Origin: a virus
Taxonomy: Duplodnaviria; Heunggongvirae; Uroviricota; Caudoviricetes
DNA: 64,000 nucleotides
IMG/VR virus record: IMGVR_UViG_3300012925_000006
Direction: 5' to 3' (one strand)
In this document: one piece after another, positions 17,597 to 26,700 of the stretch
Numbering within the stretch: position 1 is the stretch's first letter
Layout of the letters: every line of letters starts with the position of its first letter
Position numbers and translations under genes: made by a program
Notes under the pieces: generated by a model
The model's input: the letters and a program-made list of their open reading frames with translations, nothing else
Database searches by the model: none
What the model was told of the DNA's origin: nothing

Positions 17597-18252
17597 TAAA
17601 TAATGACATTCCCGGCTCCTAAAGGAGGTGCTGCTCCATAATTAACATAAATATTTGTTGCATCTGCGGTCCTGCTAGCTATTCCAACTGCATCCGAACT
17701 TCCAGCATCGGCGCTTATAAAACTTGGGGTAGTTCCTAAACCATGAGGGATAATAAATTGCAATTGTGTACCTGTACCGCTCTGAATAGAATTTCCTGAA
17801 TTATATCCAGAAGGTACTATTGGAACGCTTCCTGATCCTATGTAGGCATAATAAACACCATAAGTCTGATTATTTGAAACTCCTTGATTAAAGGCAATCA
17901 CTATATCATTGGTATTATAGGCAATTGTATAGCTTATTTGAGTATTATCAGACTGAGGTAAGACGGCTCCATCTAAAACGACAAAAGCACTGAATTGTAC
18001 TATATTGGTTTGGTTAATGGTCAGGACAGTTTCTCCGGCTGCCAAAGGTGATCCAGACTGCCCTATCTTAAATTGAAGTAACCCAAATTTTAGAGATCCC
18101 AATATGCAAGCCTTAACATCAGCCCATACTCTCCGTCCATATTGTCCTAATCCTAATCCGCCCACGGCATTACCTACTAAAAAGTATTCGCTATCTGTTG
18201 GGCATCCTGTAAGTAATGGTAGGCCCGACGCCTCCTGATCGCAATCTGCCAT
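17578..18252 (-). CDS. Putative small tail fibre / receptor-binding tip protein (224 aa)
   Basis: Gly/Ser/Asn-rich composition; position just upstream of the tailspike. Confidence 0.4.
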   Translation of the reverse strand: MADCDQEASGLPLLTGCPTDSEYFLVGNAVGGLGLGQYGRRVWADVKACILGSLKFGLLQFKIGQSGSPLAAGETVLTINQTNIVQFSAFVVLDGAVLPQSDNTQISYTIAYNTNDIVIAFNQGVSNNQTYGVYYAYIGSGSVPIVPSGYNSGNSIQSGTGTQLQFIIPHGLGTTPSFISADAGSSDAVGIASRTADATNIYVNYGAAPPLGAGNVIIYWSARA

Positions 18253-18258
18253 GATACT

Positions 18259-18663
18259 TTAATTAAGATTTATATTACATCCATTAAAAGTCAATCCACA
18301 TCCATTCATCAAAATAATACACTTCCTTACTGGATTTATTTCTCCCAAAACAAGATTACACCCATTCAATTGAAGGTTACACCCATTTACCAGAATAATA
18401 CAAAGCGTTGGGCAGCACTGACAGGAAACACCCCTATATTGATTGAAGTCACTTAAAGATTTGAATTGGGTACTTCCAAACGAATGGTTATTATATTCTA
18501 TTACGAAAACACGTTTGGCTATAATACCCAAATCCTCGTCAAAACTTCTTACTATTGACACACCAATGGGAGTTACTTTGTCGCAAGGAAAATTGAAAAC
18601 CCCTTGAACCGACTGTATTTCCCCATCTATTGTATCTGCAATAAATTGTATTGACTTTGACAC
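18259..18663 (-). CDS. 134-aa protein whose C-terminus carries four tandem Cys-containing repeats (VNGCNLQ / LNGCNLV / MNGCGLT / FNGCNIN)
   Basis: Repeat read from the translation; underlying DNA repeat acatccatt/acacccatt x4 at 18260-18400. Confidence 0.5.
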   Translation of the reverse strand: MSKSIQFIADTIDGEIQSVQGVFNFPCDKVTPIGVSIVRSFDEDLGIIAKRVFVIEYNNHSFGSTQFKSLSDFNQYRGVSCQCCPTLCIILVNGCNLQLNGCNLVLGEINPVRKCIILMNGCGLTFNGCNINLN

Positions 18664-18749
18664 CCAAAAATTTAAGGAAAATTACGCAATATACGGGGCG
18701 TATGGGGAAGGCTAATAGGTTTGTATGACAATTTTTGGTCCACAAAACC

Positions 18750-20018
18750 TTAAATGAAGGCAATACCAGCCTTGTTTAATTTTTCAAGGGATTTCTTCGC
18801 TTTATCAAGAGAGTCTGTTTTTATGTGAGTATCGAAGCCCTGAATTGAATTGGCAACTTCTTTCGCATTTTTAACTGCCTCTTCCATTGAATTACCTAAT
18901 CCAACAACACTTCCTATATCATTCTCTTTCATTTCTCCCGGAGTATAGTACCAAGTTCCATCATCATCTATGCTGAGATTGGATATTTTTACAAAATCCT
19001 TATACTCATCAGGAACAATTATGGGTGATGGTCTTGTTTCTGAAATATCAGATTTTATTATCAATTGGCATCCCCATTTATATTTAAATTCTATATTTGG
19101 TATTCTCCCATGTGCAACATCCCACACTATTTCTGAATAATTAGTATATGCCTCTAAGGCAAGAGATGTATTAGGCTGTGGACATCTGTTTGTGTTATCA
19201 ATTAAAAAGCCTCTTTTATCCTTAGAAATAATTATTTCGTTGGAATAATGACCACGGTATCCCATATCATTAAATATAGAAGAAAATCCGTCATTAACTG
19301 ATCTAATTTGTTCTGGCAATAATTTATAATAAGTAAAAGTGCCAACATAACAGCAATTTTTTACTTCAATGCCACATAGGGAAATGTCAGGATACTGTCC
19401 ATCAATACAAAACCCATCGTATCCTATTTCTGCAACGGTTTCTATTGGATGCTCTATAATGTATATTTCTCTATTCTCATATAATCCCATATCATGACGT
19501 AATCTTATTAATTCTCTTTTTGATAATCGATAATCCTTATGCTCCCATGTCTCCATATCGCCTCTTAGTGAAGATTTTATATATCTACTGCCTTTGGAAT
19601 TCATTAATATTTGTTCCAATTCATCTAACCCATTTGCAATGGAATATAACCCTACTGGCAACCCTAAATTTTTTAATGTCTCTTTTATAAAAGATCGATC
19701 ATGTTCTAGTCTATCAGCAAACACACTACCAAAAACTGGTTTACCTATACTTCTAATATAATTTTGTAAATTAGGCTCTTGGGACGATGTGAAGTAAACC
19801 ATATCTACTTCATTGATGACAGAAGCCCATTCTTTAACTTTCACAATCCCCAGCACATTTCGACCAATATCAAATGGAGTATGTTCAGGGAATCCATCTA
19901 TTGTATAAGGGCAGTAATAATATACTGTTCCGAAGTCTCTACTTAGTCTTTGAGCTACTTCTATATAGCTCATATAATCATATACCAATACACTTTTATC
20001 CATTAGATCATTCCGCAT
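18750..20018 (-). CDS. ATP-grasp superfamily enzyme (carboxylate-amine/thiol ligase-like), 422 aa
   Basis: Size and layout consistent with pre-ATP-grasp plus ATP-grasp; catalytic-loop-like FLIDNTNRCPQPNTS (ExN-type with Asp), Gly-rich KPVFGS; overlaps the upstream peptidase gene (operon). Confidence 0.5.
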   Translation of the reverse strand: MRNDLMDKSVLVYDYMSYIEVAQRLSRDFGTVYYYCPYTIDGFPEHTPFDIGRNVLGIVKVKEWASVINEVDMVYFTSSQEPNLQNYIRSIGKPVFGSVFADRLEHDRSFIKETLKNLGLPVGLYSIANGLDELEQILMNSKGSRYIKSSLRGDMETWEHKDYRLSKRELIRLRHDMGLYENREIYIIEHPIETVAEIGYDGFCIDGQYPDISLCGIEVKNCCYVGTFTYYKLLPEQIRSVNDGFSSIFNDMGYRGHYSNEIIISKDKRGFLIDNTNRCPQPNTSLALEAYTNYSEIVWDVAHGRIPNIEFKYKWGCQLIIKSDISETRPSPIIVPDEYKDFVKISNLSIDDDGTWYYTPGEMKENDIGSVVGLGNSMEEAVKNAKEVANSIQGFDTHIKTDSLDKAKKSLEKLNKAGIAFI

Positions 20019-20455
20019 ACATCATTTATTTTTGAAGGTTGAATAAACCACCCTTTACCGTATCGTTCACTATACCAATTCTTTTCAAGCAACTCACAAT
20101 CCAATGTTTCTATTTCTCCGGTCGCTGGATTATATATAGTAAAGAATCCGTTCCCCTGACCTAATACAACTGAATAATGCCCCTCTTTCCCTTCTTCGTC
20201 CTCGTATTGATAATTTATAATTGCTGGCAAAAACTCCTGTAAAGAAGATATATGTGAATCGTACCAAGATACCCATTTAAAATTAAAATGAGATAGACCT
20301 TTCCTTATCCCATCATGGCTAGTGCCATCCTGTTCAGTCGTTCCCATTATTATTTCTAATTCTTCAGGAGTAACATGAACAGAATATAACCCCAAAAGGA
20401 AACGTAAGGCATATACCCCACAATTATATTCTTTATTTTGTTTTTGTGGAATCAT
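20003..20455 (-). CDS. Papain-like cysteine peptidase, C39-like (150 aa)
   Basis: N-terminal Q...NCGVYALRFLLGLYSV (Gln oxyanion, Cys nucleophile, as in C39 QxxxxCGxxA) and downstream GHYSVVLG (catalytic His) at C39/CHAP-like spacing. Confidence 0.55.
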   Translation of the reverse strand: MIPQKQNKEYNCGVYALRFLLGLYSVHVTPEELEIIMGTTEQDGTSHDGIRKGLSHFNFKWVSWYDSHISSLQEFLPAIINYQYEDEEGKEGHYSVVLGQGNGFFTIYNPATGEIETLDCELLEKNWYSERYGKGWFIQPSKINDVCGMI

Positions 20456-20949
20456 AGACTTTGCAGGTAAAGATTATATTGCTCACCTTCTCCGTACCAA
20501 TTTTCGAACTTTTCAATGACTTTGGCTCCAAAAAATTCCTGCAATTTAAGGCTTACCCCATCTCTTGCATGACCTAATGCAAATTCATACCCTTTTTCTT
20601 TCCATAAACCTAAGCAGTAAGCCTTCAATATTTTTCCGTAGCCTTTATTTTGGTAATCCGGCAAAATGGTAGTGCTAAACGCATAAATACAATTTTTTCC
20701 ATACCAATCGGTCAGACCATCTTCTAGTTGCTCTTCGTCTGCCGCCCAATCCTTCATGGTATCCAATGGCAGATAATAAGCCTCTCCGATCAATGCCCCG
20801 GATTCTCCATCCACCATGTAAATAAACTTAGCACCATCGTCTTTTAACTCCTGCTTACTTTCTAAATCCCATTGAAGATTTTCTGGATAAACACTTTCGA
20901 AGATTACGCTGTCTTCAAGAGAAACATTACTAGTAAATTTTATTTTCAT
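20452..20949 (-). CDS. GNAT-family acyltransferase (165 aa)
   Basis: Acyl-CoA-binding motif A YQNKGYGKILKAYCL (Q/R-x-x-G-x-G/A) and the surrounding GNAT-like beta/alpha pattern. Confidence 0.65.
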   Translation of the reverse strand: MKIKFTSNVSLEDSVIFESVYPENLQWDLESKQELKDDGAKFIYMVDGESGALIGEAYYLPLDTMKDWAADEEQLEDGLTDWYGKNCIYAFSTTILPDYQNKGYGKILKAYCLGLWKEKGYEFALGHARDGVSLKLQEFFGAKVIEKFENWYGEGEQYNLYLQSL

Positions 20950-20958
20950 ATATTTATT

Positions 20959-22338
20959 TTAAAAGTGACCTTCATCCTTAAGAGCCGAAGCCATATAGAT
21001 TCTGGGGGCCACGTGTGCCCAAATATCATCTTTAGAATCTATTTTTTCTCCTTTGTGTGGGTGTTCTTTTAAAAACTTATCATCCTTCAAAAGACCTTCT
21101 TCATTATATTTTTTCAATAACTTTTTAACCCCGCCTTCCCCACCATTAAAAAAAACTAATGAAAAAAAATCTTCTGCTTTTTTTGACAACTTAATGCCTT
21201 TCTCGGAAGCTTCCTTGTTAACATAATCCTTTCCGAATTTCATTAAGGCTGCCTTTGCTTTCATGCCATCTTCTACTGTTTTAAAATCATTTTCACTAAA
21301 TTCCCCTGCATTCTTTTTTCCTCTAAACTTTGACGCAAATTCTTTTGGCAAATAGCCTCCGGAGACTAATTCTGGAAATCTATTGGCAAAGTCAGGGACT
21401 CCCATACTTTCATTCCCATTTATAGGAAAGTCTTTATCTCCATAAAATGCCTGATAACCGAATTCTCCCGGTTTTTTGTGCCGTGTATCCAATCCTGATT
21501 TATCTTTGAAAAGCGCACTTGCCCCTTCCTGCATGGCACTTGAATATAATAAAGCAGGATCAATACCATATTCTTTAGCGGCTTTTACTGAAATGTTTTT
21601 CATAGTATCCGATCCGCCCCGGGGAACTTCATTTACTTTTAAAACCGTATCCCCTCTCCCTTCTAAATCTCCGTATTTTTTTGACCAGTTTTTCAAATAA
21701 TTAACTCTTGATGCGGTATCGTTATAATTAGGCAACGGTATCCTATCGCCTTCCCCATCCTTCAACTTTTCTGGCCCCTCCTTTTTAGGATCTTCTTTAA
21801 CTACTTCTTTTGTCTTTCCTGTAGAATCAGAGACGGGGAGGGTTGAAAAATCTTTCATGTACGATTCGACATCAGTTCCATAGTTTTTATCTCCTTTTTT
21901 AAACTCAGGATAGTATTGCCTGGACATTCCAGAATTTAAAGGTGTCCCCGGTTCTGATGTCTCTCTTTTTACATAATCAGAACTTAACTGTTTTCTTAAT
22001 ATCCTCGTCTGTTCAGGCGACATGCCAGCGAATGACTCCCCTGATCTTAATTGTTGATGCTCATATTGGACATTTTGGATCATGTCAGCATTGACAGTAG
22101 TATTTGGGTTCTCCTTGCGATACTTTTCAAGATACGAAGCTCCTGCATTTTGATCGGTTTTATCCAAATCCTTTGACCCCGCCACGCCATCTTTCTGCAT
22201 AGCATCCAGAAAATTATTCCAGTCCTTTCGTTGCACTGCCGTAGTAGGCTTATACCCTTTAGGTTTAGTATCCTTCTTTTTGGGGCCTTCTCCTCCTCCA
22301 TCTCCTTCAGGACTATATAATTTAATGATTCTCATCAT
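20959..22338 (-). CDS. Virion-associated protein with a lytic transglycosylase (SLT)-like domain, 459 aa
   Basis: AAKEYGIDPALLYSSAMQEGASALF resembles the SLT catalytic-Glu region (E-S/G-x-x); Lys/Glu-rich flanks; lies between giant structural genes like T7-type ejection proteins. Confidence 0.5.
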   Translation of the reverse strand: MMRIIKLYSPEGDGGGEGPKKKDTKPKGYKPTTAVQRKDWNNFLDAMQKDGVAGSKDLDKTDQNAGASYLEKYRKENPNTTVNADMIQNVQYEHQQLRSGESFAGMSPEQTRILRKQLSSDYVKRETSEPGTPLNSGMSRQYYPEFKKGDKNYGTDVESYMKDFSTLPVSDSTGKTKEVVKEDPKKEGPEKLKDGEGDRIPLPNYNDTASRVNYLKNWSKKYGDLEGRGDTVLKVNEVPRGGSDTMKNISVKAAKEYGIDPALLYSSAMQEGASALFKDKSGLDTRHKKPGEFGYQAFYGDKDFPINGNESMGVPDFANRFPELVSGGYLPKEFASKFRGKKNAGEFSENDFKTVEDGMKAKAALMKFGKDYVNKEASEKGIKLSKKAEDFFSLVFFNGGEGGVKKLLKKYNEEGLLKDDKFLKEHPHKGEKIDSKDDIWAHVAPRIYMASALKDEGHF

Positions 22339-22399
22339 TTTAATAAAATATTCCTAAAATTACCATTTTTCAACTATTTTACCTATAAAAGTATCCATT

Positions 22400-23374
22400 A
22401 TGGTCGAAACACCTATTTTCTCTACACTAGAAGAAATCAGCAACTATTTTGATACAGAAGAAAAGGCAAATAAATACCTATCTTTTATAAGGTGGGGGGA
22501 ATGGGCCAAATGCCCCCATTGTTCTAATCCAAAGGCATATTTCATAGAAAAAGGGAACCGTTATAAATGCGCTAATCCAGCTTGTTATAAAAAGTTCAGT
22601 GTTACAACAAATACACTAATGCATGCAAGTAATATTACAATTAAAAATTGGCTGCTTTTGGCTTTTGTTTTTAGTAAAAAAACAGGAAGAGGATATAGCT
22701 GGGATTTGCAAAATACAATCAAATGCACACCCACTTCCGCATGTTATGCAAAAGAAAGATTGGATTTTGCGTGGAAATATGTTGTAAGAGAAAACAAAAA
22801 TAAACATGAATTATTCGATCAATTATTAATATGTCTTTGTAATTATGGCACTCATTTAGAAGAATTCAAAAAGGTTAAATATGCTAACTACTTCTGGCAT
22901 ATACAAAATATTGATAACATATCTGATCCGAAACAATATGATAGATTAGTAAGATATGCTGAATTTAGAATGATACGGTGTGAGTGGATATATTTAAATT
23001 TTTGTTCCGGGGAAGAAGTAATATCTGAAATTCTTTTATGGATGTCTGATAACTTTATAAAAGAATATAATGCAGATTCGATAGTCAAAATAATTAATCA
23101 GACTATTCAAAGAATGTGGATGCAATGGGTCAATGCTCATCCAAATGTTGCTGAAAGATATCATAATTATAAGCTAAATTTCAAGAGAAATGGAAGGCTT
23201 AATTTAAAGCCTTACTATATAGCCGGATTGATAAAATCAACAAAAAAATATAAAGAGATAAATATAAAAGAAATTCGTTCTGACAAACAATTAATGAAAG
23301 ATTATAGGGAAAGGTTAAAATCAAGAAGAGATAAGCTCCATCAAATTTATGATTGGCATAGTCATTTCGATTGA
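22400..23374 (+). CDS. IS1595-transposase-derived zinc-ribbon/HTH protein with no recognisable DDE catalytic domain (324 aa); possible domesticated regulator
   Basis: N-terminus CPHCSNPKAYFIEKGNRYKC..C.KKFSVTTNTLMHASNITIKNWLLLAFVFS..KTGRGYSWDLQ matches the IS1595/ISXO2 zinc-ribbon plus HTH; no (V)E(V/I)DE-type DDE motif downstream. Confidence 0.6.
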   Translation: MVETPIFSTLEEISNYFDTEEKANKYLSFIRWGEWAKCPHCSNPKAYFIEKGNRYKCANPACYKKFSVTTNTLMHASNITIKNWLLLAFVFSKKTGRGYSWDLQNTIKCTPTSACYAKERLDFAWKYVVRENKNKHELFDQLLICLCNYGTHLEEFKKVKYANYFWHIQNIDNISDPKQYDRLVRYAEFRMIRCEWIYLNFCSGEEVISEILLWMSDNFIKEYNADSIVKIINQTIQRMWMQWVNAHPNVAERYHNYKLNFKRNGRLNLKPYYIAGLIKSTKKYKEINIKEIRSDKQLMKDYRERLKSRRDKLHQIYDWHSHFD

Positions 23375-23582
23375 AATTATAAATTGGGGAATGTTCTTTT
23401 TGCCTTTCATCGAGATTTGAATTAGAATTTCCAACTTCATTTTCTAATGGCGAGCGCAAGAACATTCCCGTAGAACCATACATGATTTTATTCATATATT
23501 GTCATTTATATGTCCTGTAGCTATCACAAATACTGTGATTTCATCAGAACAACTTTCTATTTGAAAGAACTTTTTTAATGGG

Positions 23583-23620
23583 ATAAAACAAGAGAACTTT
23601 TAATCATCCTCTTGTTTTAT
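23583..23620. promoter_or_regulatory. Perfect 12-bp stem hairpin (ataaaacaagag ... ctcttgttttat, 14-nt loop) in the convergent intergenic region; no T-run
   Basis: Direct reading. Confidence 0.4.
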
Positions 23621-23734
23621 GAGGGACATCCATAACATATAGATCCCTAAAATACTTAGGGGTACGTATGAGGATTCTTGCCATAGACTATTATTTTACT
23701 AAATTAAGTATAAAAGATAGGGCATCCTAATTAA

Positions 23735-26700
23735 TTATTGAGGATCTTCCTTATTTTGCTTGTAAATATCGGCTATTTCTTCATCCAGTTCTTTTAATTT
23801 AGCCGACCGCTGCTCTTCCTTATCCTTTTTGGACAAACTAATATTTGTCATTATTTCAGTTATTTCTTCTCGATATGCTTTCTGGGTTTTAACAGCGGCT
23901 TTATAGTACGCCTCTGAAAGTTCTTCTTTTTTGTCCCCGTATATTGTATGACCACCAATAGAAATATACTTTAAATGATCTGATAAATTGAATGCCTTAC
24001 GTTTCATTGGATTGCCATCAACATCTACATCCTCCCATTGACTAGCAGGCTTTAATCTATCCAATATTTTACCTCCCAAAAACGTAACTAATTCTGCCTG
24101 AGGGATAGAACCAACAACATGCTCTATTTGAGCTACTGCCGAATTGGTAGCCGACTCAACCGTCTCTTTCCCATCGATGATATTATTCCCATACACCTGA
24201 GATAGCCCTAAGCCCATCCCTAAAGGAGAAAAGGCTGCAGTATGTTCAATTACCTTTGCGGCCCATTCCGGCATCTTCCAATCACCAATCCTTATTTCAG
24301 AAGTTTTAATTTCGTCAATTCCTAAATCTTCATCTCTTTTCTTTTTCTTTAGGTCTTCGGCAGATTGTCCTTTATGCGCCCATCCTCCAAATGCAGCATG
24401 ACCTAACAATCCTAAAGCATATAATCCCATTCCAAAGCCTCCCTTTCTAAATGATCTTAAAATAGTAGCTGCTTTATCTGGATCAATTTTATTTAATTGC
24501 TCTTGTAACTCAGTTTTAAATTGTGCAGCATTTTCGGGAGTATATCCATCCTGCAACACTATTCCTTTAGCTTTGTAATATTCCCTTGCAGCCATTACAC
24601 TGCTAGTGATGGCCCCTAAAGTATATTCCATAATACCTTCTCTAATCATATTTACAGGAACTCGGGTAATGGCTACATCTGCTCGCATTAAATAAGCCAA
24701 TCCCTCTCCAAGATGCCTGATTTTTGTATCATCCCTTCCTATTCTTTCCACCGCATTTGTCGCCTGATTCCAGGCATTCGTTATCCAATTCCCTTCTTGG
24801 TATTTACCACGTTCATAATCCAGATAACTTGCATGACCTATTTCTATTATTTTTTCCGGCTTTGAAATATCTATCCCATTAGCCACTGCCCCTTCCAGAC
24901 GGGCCATGAATCCACTAGCAAATTGTGCTCTAGCAGAGAAGTTTTTTAAAGCACCATGCGATCTACCTACGAAATTTAATAGATATTGATAATTGTCTAG
25001 GCTTCTAAGTGATTTCCCATTAAGAATATTTTTCCCTCCCTCCCGGTCCCATGCCTCACGGTCAAAATCTCCAAACTGCCTTTCTATCTGTGAGGATCTG
25101 TGCAAAAGAACCGATATGCCTTCTTTGATGGAAGACCCAGCAATAAACTGGTAAACAGATTGCCCTATTGCATCTATCAAATCATTGTCTTTTTTTTCTT
25201 TCAGTTTTGACAATGTTTTTTCTTCCTCCTTAGAAACATCTTCTTTATTTCCTATTTTTTTATCGATTTCTCCTTTTAATTGATGATAATCTTTAGAAGA
25301 CTGTTCATATTTATTGCTGGCATCAGCATATCTTTTCTCCAATTGCTCTTGACTATACTGCCTAAGATACGCTTCATATGATTTTTTAATTGACTTAAGG
25401 CTTTGACTTTCTCCCCCTAATTTAGCCTGTTCGGTAATAGCCTTGGTAGTTTCAAATGGCAACGCAGCGAATCCTTTTCCAAGGGTAAGTTTAGTCAAAG
25501 CTTCCAATTGAGGTTTTATTACGGCAGACGCTCCAACTTTTAATAAAGTAAAAGGGCTTCCGATCATCTTGGCTACCATAGCTCCCCTCGCAAAATCAGC
25601 AATCCTTTTGAATTTAGACTTATTTTCCTTTTCATAATCCCTCTTCTTATTTCGATAAAGTTGTTGTATAGCGCCCTTATCCCTTTCCAGTTTGATCAAT
25701 TCGGCATCTGTCTTGGTAAGACCTACTACTGGTTCGTCCTCATATTCTCCTTTGGATATTTTCTGAAAATAAGACTCCATATCTCTTTTTGCCTTATCCT
25801 TTGCTCGTTGCAGTTTGATATCTTGGACAGATTCGTCTTTATCAGAAACAAATTTATCAATGACTTTTTGAAGAGCCTTGTTCAAGTCTCCTATTTTAGC
25901 CATATCTCCTGCGGTAGTCCGGGTAAATTCGCTTTTAACTGCTTTCAGAATGGACAGACCTCCATCTAATGTTTTTTCTTGACTAATAGCTGAATTTGGG
26001 TCTAACTTAATTTTAGAGGCGTCCAATTGACCTTTTAGCTTAATCAATGCTTTTTTAGTCGCTGAGGACAAGCTATCATCCTGTAGTTTATTGTCAATTG
26101 TCTTTCCTAAATCGTCAATCCGATCATTGTGTGATTTTGCCCGTTGATCATAGGTTGCTTTGGTGTATTTATCTTCGGATGAAGTTTTAACATTCAGTAA
26201 ATCCATTATAATCTTCTTCTCTTTTTCCTTAGCTTCAATATCCTTGTCGAATGGGGTTTTTGATTTATTACTTCCACGATGATATAACTCCTTCTTTTCT
26301 CTCAGGTCATTAATATCTTTTTCAAGTTTAGTAAGCTTAGTAAAGTTTTTTTCTGATTCCTTTAATGCGGTTTCTAATTCCTTTTTGGTAGGCTGCTTAA
26401 ATTCATCTTCTTTAAGATAGGCTTTCCGTAAAGTGGATTCATCAACATTTGGAAGTACTTTTTTCAGTCCGGCTGTTGCCTCATCGATAATATCTTTGTT
26501 TTCGGTCAATCCTAAATGACTTTTTACATAATCCCGAATAAGATTCTTTGCTACCATATCATTAGTAATATCCGTAGCATTGTTTGACACTGCCAAATCC
26601 TTAATCTTGGCTAAAGATGTTTCCCGGATAGATTTTTCGTTGATTAACTTTTCGTCCAAACCGGCTTCTGTCAATCCTTTTCTTATATGAGTACGTAGTT

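Noticed and set aside
18539-18763. 74-aa - strand ORF overlapping the Cys-repeat gene and the ATP-grasp 3-prime end
   Set aside because: It is out of frame with and overlaps two better-supported genes.
22400-23480. A complete IS1595-family insertion sequence
   Set aside because: The encoded protein lacks any recognisable DDE motif, and the 12-bp inverted repeats found both lie downstream of the gene rather than flanking it.
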